Source of the DNA: a virus
Taxonomy: Duplodnaviria; Caudoviricetes
DNA: 25,469 bases
Reading direction: 5' to 3' (one strand)
IMG/VR virus record: IMGVR_UViG_3300014208_000121
Location: 1-25,469 of that record
The position numbers were made by a program, and so were the translations under genes. A model generated the notes under the pieces. It saw nothing but the letters and a program-made list of their open reading frames with translations, was not told where the DNA came from and did no database searches. Below are positions 13,905 to 23,141 of this stretch, one piece after another; positions within the stretch are counted from its first letter, which is position 1, and the number at the start of each line of letters is the position of its first letter.

Positions 13905-15760
13905 CTCAGATCATGAGCCAACGTCAGATTGAGCTTGTAGCGTTTGGTCTAATGCTATTTAAACCAAAGCCAATCTTAACAGGAAGTGAGTGGGCAGATG
14001 AGTATTTTTATCTCTCTCCAGAGTCAAGCGCTCGCCCAGGAAAGTGGAAAACAGATCCGTGGCAAAAAGAAATACTCGATGAGATGACTAATGCTACTAC
14101 CCCTTTTGTGTCGGTTGAAAAATCAGCACGTGTAGGGTACACCAAAATGCTCAATATCACGCAGGGCTATTTTATCCATCAGGACCCATGCTCAATACTT
14201 CATGCCCAACCAACCGACGGAGATATCATAGGGTATGCAGAGGATGAATTTGAGCCTATGGTGCGTGATAATGACGTCATACGTGAAAGAGTAAATACAC
14301 ACAACAATCGAGGGCGTAATAAGCGAGAAAAAACGGTTAAAAAAATGTATCCGGGAGGAATATGGGAAGGGATTGGAGCACATTCTCCTCGTAATTTTAG
14401 ACGGAGAACAACCAGAGTGACGATGGGAGATGAGATCGATGGATGGGAATTTGAAGCTGGTAAGGAAGGTGACCCTATAGCATTGTTCCAAAAACGTTCT
14501 CATGGGTTTTGGAATAGAAAGAATATTTTAGGCGGTACACCTACGCTTTTGAGAATATCAAAGATACATAAAAGTGTTAAAAGCGGTGATGGGCGCCGTA
14601 GATTTTTACCATGTCCCCATTGTAATTATATGCAAACGATTGAGTTTGATAATTTTCGATATGAGATCGATGAGATCGGGATGCTTGTCAAAGAATCGGT
14701 TATGCTTGAGTGTATAAACTGCTCAAAACTCATAGAAGAGAACAAAAAGATGTCAATGGACGAAAAAGGGGAATGGAGAGCGGAGCGCCCATTTAACGGC
14801 CATGCTACTTTTATTATCTGGTCCGCATACGCACATGATCCTAACTATCGATGGCACCACATTGTTCAGGAATATCTTGATAGCAAAGACGATGAGCTAA
14901 AGCTAAAGGTTTTTACCAATACGGTGCTTGGTAAACCATGGGAAGATAAGATCGAGAAGAATCAACCGGAGGATATCTTATCGCTCAAGATTGATTTATC
15001 AGAGGGGATCGTTCCTCCTAAAACTGCTGCATTGGTTATGGCGGTTGACGTCCAGAAAGATCACTTTTGGTTTGAGGTAAAAGGCTTGATCTATGGAAAT
15101 GGTACACACCTGGTACGCTATGGGCGTGCTGAGACGTGGGCAGATATCGAAATGATTATGAGAACACCGTATGTTGATGCATTAGGAGGGGTCCACATGG
15201 TACGCATTTGTGCAGTAGACTCAGGGTATTTGGCGGATGAAGTCTATGAGTTTTGTGCGATGAACTCAGATATCTGTATCCCAGTAAAGGGTGCCAGTCA
15301 GCGCATGAGCTCTCCCTATACTGTGAGCAATGTTGACAAAGACATAAATGGTCGCCCAGTAGCAACTGGGTTGAAGCTCTACAAGCTTGATACAGAGTTT
15401 TACAAAGATATCCTCGATGCAAAGATAAAGCGATCCATAGCAGCAGTATCGAACGATGAGACGGCTCAAAATAATCTTATGAGCTTTCATAGCAGTACCG
15501 ATGCTCTTTATGTGAAGCAATATACCAGTGAGTACAAACATACCGAAACCAATTCAAAAACAGGAGTAGAAAAAAGCGAATGGCGTAAAGTTGGGGAAAA
15601 AGCACCGAACCACCTTTGGGACTGTGGCACCTATATCACATTTCTAGGGGAATTACTCGGAATACGGTTTTTGCCGTCCGAACTGATTGAAACGGTGGCA
15701 CGATCACGCCGCCGCGAGCGTCCGGTTAGACAGCATGAAGATGATGAATCAAATTATTAG
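13901..15760 (+). CDS. Terminase large subunit, GpA family
   Basis: KSARVGYT Walker A, GDEID Walker B, PCPHC, AVDVQ, VDSGY, NHLWDC. Confidence 0.95.
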   Translation: MTQIMSQRQIELVAFGLMLFKPKPILTGSEWADEYFYLSPESSARPGKWKTDPWQKEILDEMTNATTPFVSVEKSARVGYTKMLNITQGYFIHQDPCSILHAQPTDGDIIGYAEDEFEPMVRDNDVIRERVNTHNNRGRNKREKTVKKMYPGGIWEGIGAHSPRNFRRRTTRVTMGDEIDGWEFEAGKEGDPIALFQKRSHGFWNRKNILGGTPTLLRISKIHKSVKSGDGRRRFLPCPHCNYMQTIEFDNFRYEIDEIGMLVKESVMLECINCSKLIEENKKMSMDEKGEWRAERPFNGHATFIIWSAYAHDPNYRWHHIVQEYLDSKDDELKLKVFTNTVLGKPWEDKIEKNQPEDILSLKIDLSEGIVPPKTAALVMAVDVQKDHFWFEVKGLIYGNGTHLVRYGRAETWADIEMIMRTPYVDALGGVHMVRICAVDSGYLADEVYEFCAMNSDICIPVKGASQRMSSPYTVSNVDKDINGRPVATGLKLYKLDTEFYKDILDAKIKRSIAAVSNDETAQNNLMSFHSSTDALYVKQYTSEYKHTETNSKTGVEKSEWRKVGEKAPNHLWDCGTYITFLGELLGIRFLPSELIETVARSRRRERPVRQHEDDESNY

Positions 15761-15769
15761 GAGAAATAA

Positions 15770-15967
15770 ATGTCATTTTGGGATAGAAGAGAAAATATCA
15801 AGAATAAACCCTCGGTTGAGCTGCGAACATCTCGCGTAATTGAAAAAATTATGGACGATTATGAGATACCAATGGGGGTTGCCATAGAAAAATTGATGCG
15901 AGAAGATGGACTTTATGCCGAAACAATTGAACAATTATCTAAACTTTACCCAGATATTACTAGCTAA
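15770..15967 (+). CDS. Small hypothetical protein, possibly DNA-binding
   Basis: 65 aa, AGGAG RBS; function not recognisable. Confidence 0.65.
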   Translation: MSFWDRRENIKNKPSVELRTSRVIEKIMDDYEIPMGVAIEKLMREDGLYAETIEQLSKLYPDITS

Positions 15968-16120
15968 TAGTTCTAAACTTTTATAAAAACTAAACTTTTA
16001 ACCCCTATTTTGTGAACTTTTAATGAAGTAGCAGAAAAAAAAGAAAAAGTTTAGGGTAATAGTTTTTGAGCATGACCTAATTTTGATACCCTAAACAAAC
16101 TTTTTGTATTTTTCTATACT
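15939..16120 (+). promoter_or_regulatory. CTAAAC repeat cluster and -10 (TATACT 16115..16120), putative late promoter region
   Basis: CTAAACTTT at 15939, 15973, 15990, inverted at 16046..16054, CTAAACAAAC at 16091. Confidence 0.5.
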
Positions 16121-16148
16121 GCCACCATACTTTTAGAAAGGTTTGGTT

Positions 16149-16379
16149 TTGGCACAAACACTTGGACAACAACTTGACGCTGTACAAACTGCTATCACTG
16201 CAGTTGAAACCTCCCAGAGCTATGAGCTCGATGGTCGTAAGCTTACTCGTGCCGATCTTTCTACTCTCTATAAACGTGAAGATTCTCTGATTGCTAAAAT
16301 AGAGATCCACGGTCGCAACTATGCCCCTGGGCAAAATACTACACCTATGAAAACGAGAGCGCATGTTCAGTTTTCTTAA
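16149..16379 (+). CDS. gpW-like head-tail joining protein
   Basis: 'AITAVETSQSYELDGRKLTRADL' motif; between terL and portal; TTG start after GAAAGG. Confidence 0.8.
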   Translation: MAQTLGQQLDAVQTAITAVETSQSYELDGRKLTRADLSTLYKREDSLIAKIEIHGRNYAPGQNTTPMKTRAHVQFS

Positions 16380-16614
16380 CAATATGTTTTCCCGCGGGAA
16401 AATCTTTACTACATTTTTAAAATCGATTAAACATTTTTATATTTTTGAAATTTTGTTATTTGGGGCATTACTATATCTACTTGGGGCATTTATCCATATG
16501 CATTTAAACCCAAGTACATGGTGTTTAATTACACGTACTATTTTAGGGATTGTTTTTTTAGTTTTCATTGTCTTTGTATTTATTATCATTGATCTTAAAG
16601 GCGGAAAAAGATGA
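16363..16614 (+). CDS. AT-rich two-TM membrane protein of unknown function
   Basis: Two hydrophobic segments; ATGA-coupled to portal; start uncertain (16363 or 16384). Confidence 0.55.
   Translation: MFSFLNNMFSRGKIFTTFLKSIKHFYIFEILLFGALLYLLGAFIHMHLNPSTWCLITRTILGIVFLVFIVFVFIIIDLKGGKR
16387..16402. promoter_or_regulatory. Perfect palindrome TTTTCCCGCGGGAAAA, candidate parS-like site
   Basis: Identical to the core of 7266..7285. Confidence 0.55.
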
Positions 16615-17999
16615 GCCTTTTAAGAGATGCAATGAGTATTAATAGGGGTTTCTACGAGGGTGGAAAACGTACTGGTACCAATCAAGATTTTTGGAATGCG
16701 AACAGCGATTTTGAAAACACTGCCTCCCCTGATCGCGATACGATGCGTGCTCGTGCTCGCTGGCTTCATGAGAATAATGCAATTATGGCTAACATCGATG
16801 CAACTATTGTCCGTAATAGTGTTGGGAATGGATTTACTTTTCAATCTAAGTGCGGAAAAGATAATATCGATAAACAAATCGAATCCTTATGGTCTGAGTT
16901 TATAAAGCCTAAAAACTGTGATGTAACAGGACGCCAGCATTTTGGCGGGATTCAGCAGCTTATTCTTTCTCAGCGAATGTGTGATGGTGAAATCGTTATC
17001 AAAAAGCATCTCTCTAAAAACAAAAAGAATCCTTTTCAGGTGCAACTTATTGAGGCGGATCGTTTTGATACATCATATCGTGTTCGCGTAGATAATTCAA
17101 ATATTCTAAATAGCGTAGATGGTATCGAGCTGGACACGATGGGAGCTCCTCAAAACTATGTTTTTAGAGATGGGCTTATGAGCAACGTCAAGGTCCCAGC
17201 ATCAGAAGTCATTCATTATTTTAAAATGGGGAATCGCTCTTCTCAGTACCGTGGATTATCAGAATATAAACAATCTATTGTTGATCTTCGCAACTTCGCA
17301 GGGTATCAAACCTCTACTCTTAAATCTGCTCGTGCACGATCTAGCGTCGCCTACGCAATTGAGACAAACAACGTACAAGGGCACATGGCTTCTATGCTTC
17401 AAGGGAATAAAGAGGGAAGTGATCCAATCTATGACATTAACGGAGTAATGGTTCAATATCTGAATCAAGGTGAAAAACTCCATCAGTATGACCCGGCCGT
17501 AAAAGGTGCGGAATATGGTGAGTTTGTTCGCGCATGTGTTCGCCTAATAGCTACTGCTCGACAGATCAGCTATGAGCTCGCATTTCGTGATTATTCTCAG
17601 GTTAATTTTTCCAGTGCTCGCGCCTCTTTTATCCAAGATCACAAACGTTTCAGTAATGAACAGTGGCACATGGTTACCTATGTTCTTAATCCACTGTTTG
17701 AATCATGGCTCGATGCGAATGTAATGGCTGGAAATATTAAAGGACTAGGAGTAAGTGCCTATTTCATAAATAAATCTGATTTTTGTCAGCCTCGCTGGGT
17801 AGCTCCTGCTCGTGAGTGGGTTGATCCACTTAAAGATATCAATGCAATTCAAAAAGAGATCGACATGGGTATCACAACTATTGAAGAGGTAGCTGCTGCA
17901 CGAGGTAAAGACTTAGAAGATGTTATCGCATCAAGAGTAAAAATAAATAAGATGCTTAAAGATGCTGGAATTTTAACAAAGGAGGAAGCGAATGCCTAA
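16611..17999 (+). CDS. Portal protein, lambda family
   Basis: 'RARARWLHENN', 'QYRGLS', 'DYSQVNFSSAR', 'WVDPLKD'. Confidence 0.95.
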   Translation: MSLLRDAMSINRGFYEGGKRTGTNQDFWNANSDFENTASPDRDTMRARARWLHENNAIMANIDATIVRNSVGNGFTFQSKCGKDNIDKQIESLWSEFIKPKNCDVTGRQHFGGIQQLILSQRMCDGEIVIKKHLSKNKKNPFQVQLIEADRFDTSYRVRVDNSNILNSVDGIELDTMGAPQNYVFRDGLMSNVKVPASEVIHYFKMGNRSSQYRGLSEYKQSIVDLRNFAGYQTSTLKSARARSSVAYAIETNNVQGHMASMLQGNKEGSDPIYDINGVMVQYLNQGEKLHQYDPAVKGAEYGEFVRACVRLIATARQISYELAFRDYSQVNFSSARASFIQDHKRFSNEQWHMVTYVLNPLFESWLDANVMAGNIKGLGVSAYFINKSDFCQPRWVAPAREWVDPLKDINAIQKEIDMGITTIEEVAAARGKDLEDVIASRVKINKMLKDAGILTKEEANA

Positions 18000-19938
18000 A
18001 GAAATTAGCGCAGAAAAATTACTAGAAAATAGTGATTTTGTCCGTGCTCAGATAGAACCTGGATCAGTAAATTCAGATGAGCGACGTGTTGCTATTTTGA
18101 TCTCTACTGAAACTCCGGTTCGCCGTTATGACTATTACAGCGGTCAGTATTATGAAGAGGTATTACTACATGGAGAAGAGAATGTTGATCTAACCCGCGC
18201 TATCACTGCAAAGCTACGCTGGATGCATGGAAGTGGAAAATATGGAGAGCTACCAATAGGGAAGCTTGAAAACGTTACTTTGGCAAACCGACAGCTTCGC
18301 GCCGAGGCGGTATTTTCTAAGGCCAACCCAGACGCGGATATGTTCTGGCGTATGGTCGAAGAGGAGACGCTTACTGAGATATCAGTAGGTGGGTCAAAAC
18401 AAGAGAATCGTGTAACTGAGAGAGATGGAAGCATCGCTCTTGTAGAAGTGACACGATGGGCATTCCACGAAGCTTCGCTCGTGGATATTGGTGCCGATCC
18501 GAGTGCTGGAATCGGTCGAAGTGAAAATCAAAACAAAGGGGTAAACGTGAACGAAGAATTGGAAGCGCTAAAGCGCCAACTTGAAGAAATGAGAGCATCG
18601 GGCGCAGCTAACGATGCAATTGCTCGTAAAAATGAAGAAATTCAAGCAAAAGTATCAGCACTTGCTGCTGAAAATACAGAGCTAAAACGTGTAGCTAGTA
18701 TTCGTGATCTCGTAGCTGCTAAACCAGGCGTGATTGGTGAAGATGAAATTAACCGTTTCATCGGTGATACAACAAAAAATGCTGATGATTTAGCACGAGC
18801 AATGCTCGACGTTGCAACATCAAAGCAAACAAATGTAGATTTTCAACGTGGTGAAGATACTCCACAGGTGTATGTAATAGGTCAGCAAAATCGTGGAGAC
18901 TTGATGCGCGCTATCGGCGATAGCTTGATCCTTCGTGCCGGTATGAGTGTTGCAGAACCTCATAAAGATGTGGATCAGTTCCGTGGAGCATCCATGGTGG
19001 AGATCGCACGTATGGTTACTGGGTACAGCGGATACGATCGCAATGAGATTATCAAACGTGCAATGAGTACGAGTGATTTTCCAGTGTTGCTCGGAAACGT
19101 AGCAAATCGTGTCCTTTCCCAAGCGTATGACGAAGAGATGGGGACATTTGATGCATGGACAACTCCGGTTGACGTTGCGGATTTCAAAACTCGTACAGAG
19201 GTAAGCCTTGATCGTTTCGGTGGTCGATTGCGTAAACTCACCGAGGGTGGAGAGAAGAAAAACAAAGAGACAACCGAGAGCGCAGAACAATGGCGTCTAT
19301 TCAGCTACGGTGAAAAAATCCGTATCACTCGTGAAATGCTGATCAATGATGACCTTGGGGCATTTGAGGGGATTATCCTCGGGTTTGGCCAAATGGCAAA
19401 ACGTACCGCGAATGGACAAGTTTATGACTTGCTACAAAACAAAGGTGATTTTGCAAACTATGTCATGGGTGATACTAAAGCAATCTTCCATACAGATCAT
19501 GCAAACTATACAGCAACCGGAACAGCACTTGGAACTGATTCGCTGACCGCAGCTCGCACCTTGGTTCGTCGTCAAAAAGACAAATCTGGTACCGCTCTAA
19601 ACATCACACCAAAATACATGATTGTCTCTCCTGAAAAAGAGACATTAGCTCGTCAGTTGATTACTAGCGAAGCAGCTCTTGGCCAAACGAATCCTGGGAT
19701 TATTAATCCATTCCGTAACTCTATGGATATTATCGTTGAGTCTGAGTTATCTGCTACTGCATGGTATCTCGCCGCTGCGCGCCGTACTCTCAAAGTAGGG
19801 TATCTGCAAGGTACAAATCGTCGTCCAATTGTCAATGAAAAAAGCCGTGATCTTAGCGGTGTCGAGTATGAGTGTGTATTTGATTTCGGTGTATTCGCTG
19901 AAGATTACCGCGGTCTTTACAAAAATAACGGTCAATAA
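17992..19938 (+). CDS. Fused prohead protease / scaffold / major capsid protein
   Basis: N-terminal HK97-type protease ('WMH..PIGK','ISVG','EASLVDIGAD'), coiled linker, C-terminal capsid ('STSDFPVLL','ITREMLINDDLG','DYRGLYK'). Confidence 0.9.
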   Translation: MPKEISAEKLLENSDFVRAQIEPGSVNSDERRVAILISTETPVRRYDYYSGQYYEEVLLHGEENVDLTRAITAKLRWMHGSGKYGELPIGKLENVTLANRQLRAEAVFSKANPDADMFWRMVEEETLTEISVGGSKQENRVTERDGSIALVEVTRWAFHEASLVDIGADPSAGIGRSENQNKGVNVNEELEALKRQLEEMRASGAANDAIARKNEEIQAKVSALAAENTELKRVASIRDLVAAKPGVIGEDEINRFIGDTTKNADDLARAMLDVATSKQTNVDFQRGEDTPQVYVIGQQNRGDLMRAIGDSLILRAGMSVAEPHKDVDQFRGASMVEIARMVTGYSGYDRNEIIKRAMSTSDFPVLLGNVANRVLSQAYDEEMGTFDAWTTPVDVADFKTRTEVSLDRFGGRLRKLTEGGEKKNKETTESAEQWRLFSYGEKIRITREMLINDDLGAFEGIILGFGQMAKRTANGQVYDLLQNKGDFANYVMGDTKAIFHTDHANYTATGTALGTDSLTAARTLVRRQKDKSGTALNITPKYMIVSPEKETLARQLITSEAALGQTNPGIINPFRNSMDIIVESELSATAWYLAAARRTLKVGYLQGTNRRPIVNEKSRDLSGVEYECVFDFGVFAEDYRGLYKNNGQ

Positions 19939-19948
19939 GGAGTAAGCA

Positions 19949-20290
19949 ATGGCAAAAGAAGCAACACAATATCAAGATGGTGATGTAATCGACTATACCT
20001 TAGCAGGTGCAGTCGATGTAGGGGATGTTGTACCACTGGGTACAGGTATGATCGGTATTGCACTGAGTAGTGGATTAGCTGGAGAGGTTATTGGGCTTGC
20101 AATTGAAGAGGTTTATGAGATCAATGCAACTACAGCAGATGTAATCGCAATCGGTGATATTGTTTATTTTAATGCTACTACGCGGGCAATTACAATAACA
20201 GCAACATCAAATACTCGTGCAGGCCGTGCAGTAAGTAAAAAAGCAGCAGCATCAGCCGGTACTGTTTTTGTAAAAATTAACGCAGCGTAA
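19949..20290 (+). CDS. DUF2190-type capsid cement/decoration protein
   Basis: 'YQDGDVIDY..GDVV..G', 'GDIVYF', 'V.VKIN'; directly after capsid. Confidence 0.8.
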   Translation: MAKEATQYQDGDVIDYTLAGAVDVGDVVPLGTGMIGIALSSGLAGEVIGLAIEEVYEINATTADVIAIGDIVYFNATTRAITITATSNTRAGRAVSKKAAASAGTVFVKINAA

Positions 20291-20301
20291 GGGGGCATTC
20301 G

Positions 20302-20574
20302 ATGTTTGTGAAACTTCATCGCAATGAAACATATCGTGGCGCTAGTCATCAAGAGGGGGACATCATCGAAGTTGGTGATGATCTCGGAGGTCGTATGATC
20401 TTGTCCGGTACAGCAACCAAGGCTACAAAGCCAGAGGATAAAGTAACTGCTGAAACTATTGATGCAATGCCATATAAAGATATGAAGAAACTTGTATCTG
20501 AATTAAGTATTGAAACGTCAGATACAAAAATGCCAACTTATTCCGCAGCGCTTAAAGCGCACTACGGGGTATAA
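20302..20574 (+). CDS. Small head-associated hypothetical protein
   Basis: 90 aa, position and 'GDIIEV' N-domain plus helical C-domain. Confidence 0.6.
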   Translation: MFVKLHRNETYRGASHQEGDIIEVGDDLGGRMILSGTATKATKPEDKVTAETIDAMPYKDMKKLVSELSIETSDTKMPTYSAALKAHYGV

Positions 20575-20576
20575 AA

Positions 20577-20885
20577 ATGTTTAAAGAGCAGCTTCAAAAA
20601 GATTTGGATGTTTTTATAAACCCAAATGAGTTTGGATCAGCTGCTCTTTATAATGGAGAACCAATAGCTGTTGATTTTAGAAGCTCAAGTGATGTTGTTT
20701 TTGATCGTGGAAATATTCACGATGTCAGCAGTTCTGTCCCTGTATGTTTTTGCAAAGAAAGTGATATCCAAGGTATAGAAAATGGAGACTCGATTGTGAT
20801 CGATGGCGCTATTTTTTATGTTTTAGATTCTGATGAATCATCAGGTGGGATACAAAAAATTTATTTAAGTAAGGATAGACCGTGA
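20577..20885 (+). CDS. Head-tail joining (head closure) protein
   Basis: 'DLDVFINPNEF..GDSIVIDG..FYV'; position. Confidence 0.7.
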   Translation: MFKEQLQKDLDVFINPNEFGSAALYNGEPIAVDFRSSSDVVFDRGNIHDVSSSVPVCFCKESDIQGIENGDSIVIDGAIFYVLDSDESSGGIQKIYLSKDRP

Positions 20886-21289
20886 GTAAACGTCAAACAA
20901 TTGTCGATGCAATTATCACTCGTCTATCTGCTATACCAAACATCATCAGCGTTGATGATTGGAAAGTCCATAAGCTCAGCGAAAAAGAGATGCCTGCAAT
21001 CATTATTCGTGATGTTGGATCAAAAACAGATTCATCAGCGTATGGATCTATAGGCCACTCTTTATCTATTGAAGTTGATTTATTAGTTAGTGATAGTTCA
21101 ACAACGATGGCAACATTGAGAACAATCATGTCAAGTATTTTGACAGCAATAGGTACTGAGGGTGATGATTTACTCGATCACGTTACTTATGAAGGTGATG
21201 ATATTTTAGCAGAGCATCAGGATTACTTTTATGGCGGTGCGAGAATGAAATTTAGCGTGGAATATTCCACGGCGGCATGGGAGATATGA
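20882..21289 (+). CDS. Tail terminator (gpU-like)
   Basis: 'KRQTIVDAI..L', 'EMPAIII', C-terminal 'FSVEY'; position. Confidence 0.65.
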   Translation: MSKRQTIVDAIITRLSAIPNIISVDDWKVHKLSEKEMPAIIIRDVGSKTDSSAYGSIGHSLSIEVDLLVSDSSTTMATLRTIMSSILTAIGTEGDDLLDHVTYEGDDILAEHQDYFYGGARMKFSVEYSTAAWEI

Positions 21290-21798
21290 TGATTGATAAC
21301 CTAATCCAAATCGGAACCATTGTCAACGTCGATCCTGAGAATCGCGCATTAGTACGTGTTGAACTGTTTGAGCGTGTCACGGACTGGATCCCTTATAAGA
21401 TGATCGTTAATTCTCATATCCGTATTTGGACCCCACCGCGTGTTGGTGAGCAGGTGATCGTATTCTCTCCTTTTGGTGAAGGTGATGATGGGATTGTTAT
21501 TGGTGGGATTTATAACGTTAATCAAAAAGAGCCGACAGGATCAAATGATCATACAAGTGTCATTGTATTTGAAGATGGTACCTCGATCACGTATGACACG
21601 ATAGCCAAAGCTTTGACAATCAATGCGTCCGGTTCGGTTGCTGTCACTGCTCCCTCTGGTATGTCGATCACGGCGGATGTCACGATCACTGGTAATCTGA
21701 ATGTATCTGGTACGGTTACTGACGAAAAAGGATCATTGACTACTCATATTCATAGCGGTGTGATGGCTGGACCATCAAATACGGGAGTGCGTCCATGA
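21286..21798 (+). CDS. Baseplate assembly protein V (central spike)
   Basis: 'NLIQIGTI..VRV..TDWIP..WTPPRVGEQV', C-terminal HxH 'THIHSGV'. Confidence 0.92.
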   Translation: MMIDNLIQIGTIVNVDPENRALVRVELFERVTDWIPYKMIVNSHIRIWTPPRVGEQVIVFSPFGEGDDGIVIGGIYNVNQKEPTGSNDHTSVIVFEDGTSITYDTIAKALTINASGSVAVTAPSGMSITADVTITGNLNVSGTVTDEKGSLTTHIHSGVMAGPSNTGVRP

Positions 21799-22070
21799 AT
21801 TTAGCACAGCGAATTACCCGAATCCTTACAACTCGTCCGGGCGAACGTGTTGCTCTTCCGACGTATGGCTCTGAGCTGTACAAGTTACGTGACAGAGCAC
21901 TAACCAATGAGGTGCGTTTGATGTTCACCGTGTATTGCAAAGCAGCAATTGAGAAGTGGGAAAATGTGAAGGTATCCAAAGCAGAACTTACTGCTGTCAA
22001 TACGACGGATGGGTCATTCTCATTTACGATATCACTCTCAAACGGCGAAACTATTGCGGGGGTAGCGTGA
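21795..22070 (+). CDS. Baseplate wedge protein, P2 gpW / T4 gp25 family
   Basis: 'ILTTRPGERV..PTYGS.L..L.D..AIEKWE'. Confidence 0.9.
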   Translation: MNLAQRITRILTTRPGERVALPTYGSELYKLRDRALTNEVRLMFTVYCKAAIEKWENVKVSKAELTAVNTTDGSFSFTISLSNGETIAGVA

Positions 22071-23140
22071 TGTTGATACCTCCTATGTGTGTAGTGAAGA
22101 GTTATGATGAGATCAAAGCGGAAATGGTAGCTACTTATCAAACCGTCGTTCCGTTTTATATTCCGAATGAATCGGATGATGTTATGAGCGTACTTGAAGC
22201 GTTTGCGTATCGAGAACTGATGCTTAGAACATTTTTCAATACTCAGGTTGCAAACAGTTTTTGGCAAACTGCCATGGGCGAATATCTCGATTTTATCGCA
22301 CAGTTTTTCGATGTTTTCCGCTTGATTGGAGAGAAACCGACTGCATCTGCTACATTTACAATTAACACTATCCTTGGATATGACTACGTCCTTGATGCGG
22401 GTGCTGAACTGCTGAACAATGATGGATCGATATCGATTCTAATCTCAACTATCACGATACCGACAGGAAGCATCGAAGCATCAGGGATTATAGAGCTTCA
22501 GATCGAAACGGCTCAAAGTTCTGCTGCGGTATCTAGCATTATGATTCCTCGACCTTATCTCAAAAGCGTTATCCAAACTACCACGTTTAGCGGTGGATCG
22601 GATACCGAAACGGACGATGAGATGCGCGAGCGAATCAAGCTCTCATTCGAAGAGGTCACTACCGCCGGATCAGTGAGCTCGTATCGAGCTTATGCACTCA
22701 AAGCCGATGAGCGGATCGATGATGTCGCGGTATTAAGCCCTACTCCCGGAGTTGTTGACGTCATTCTACACTCACTCAGTACTGTGGATGCAGCGATGAT
22801 CAGTCGCGCATATACCGCACTCTCCGCAGATAAGGCCAGACCGCTATGCGACACGGTACAGGTTCGTGCAGCCACTGTTACGAGCTATACCGTCAATGCG
22901 GTTCTCACGCTCGATCCGTTGTCTGATCCCGCATCAACACTGGAAGCGGCACGGCTACGACTTAAAGAGCGTGTGGATAGTATCCTCATCGGTCAGAGTA
23001 TCACAACCTCCTCGATGATTGCGGCACTGTCGGTTGATGGGGTGGATGATGTAACGCTGATCGCTCCCGCTTTGGCCGTATCGGTACTCTCTGATGGCGT
23101 AGCAATCTGTACGCTCATCGATATCAGCGTAGGAGCATAA
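22070..23140 (+). CDS. Baseplate J/gp47 family protein
   Basis: 'ESD..LEAFAYRE', 'GGSDTETDDEMRER', 'TAGS..Y', 'RPLCDTV.V'. Confidence 0.92.
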   Translation: MLIPPMCVVKSYDEIKAEMVATYQTVVPFYIPNESDDVMSVLEAFAYRELMLRTFFNTQVANSFWQTAMGEYLDFIAQFFDVFRLIGEKPTASATFTINTILGYDYVLDAGAELLNNDGSISILISTITIPTGSIEASGIIELQIETAQSSAAVSSIMIPRPYLKSVIQTTTFSGGSDTETDDEMRERIKLSFEEVTTAGSVSSYRAYALKADERIDDVAVLSPTPGVVDVILHSLSTVDAAMISRAYTALSADKARPLCDTVQVRAATVTSYTVNAVLTLDPLSDPASTLEAARLRLKERVDSILIGQSITTSSMIAALSVDGVDDVTLIAPALAVSVLSDGVAICTLIDISVGA

Positions 23141-23141
23141 A

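Noticed and set aside
16363-16614. Confident holin call
   Set aside because: Two TMs only; no endolysin nearby and atypical position.
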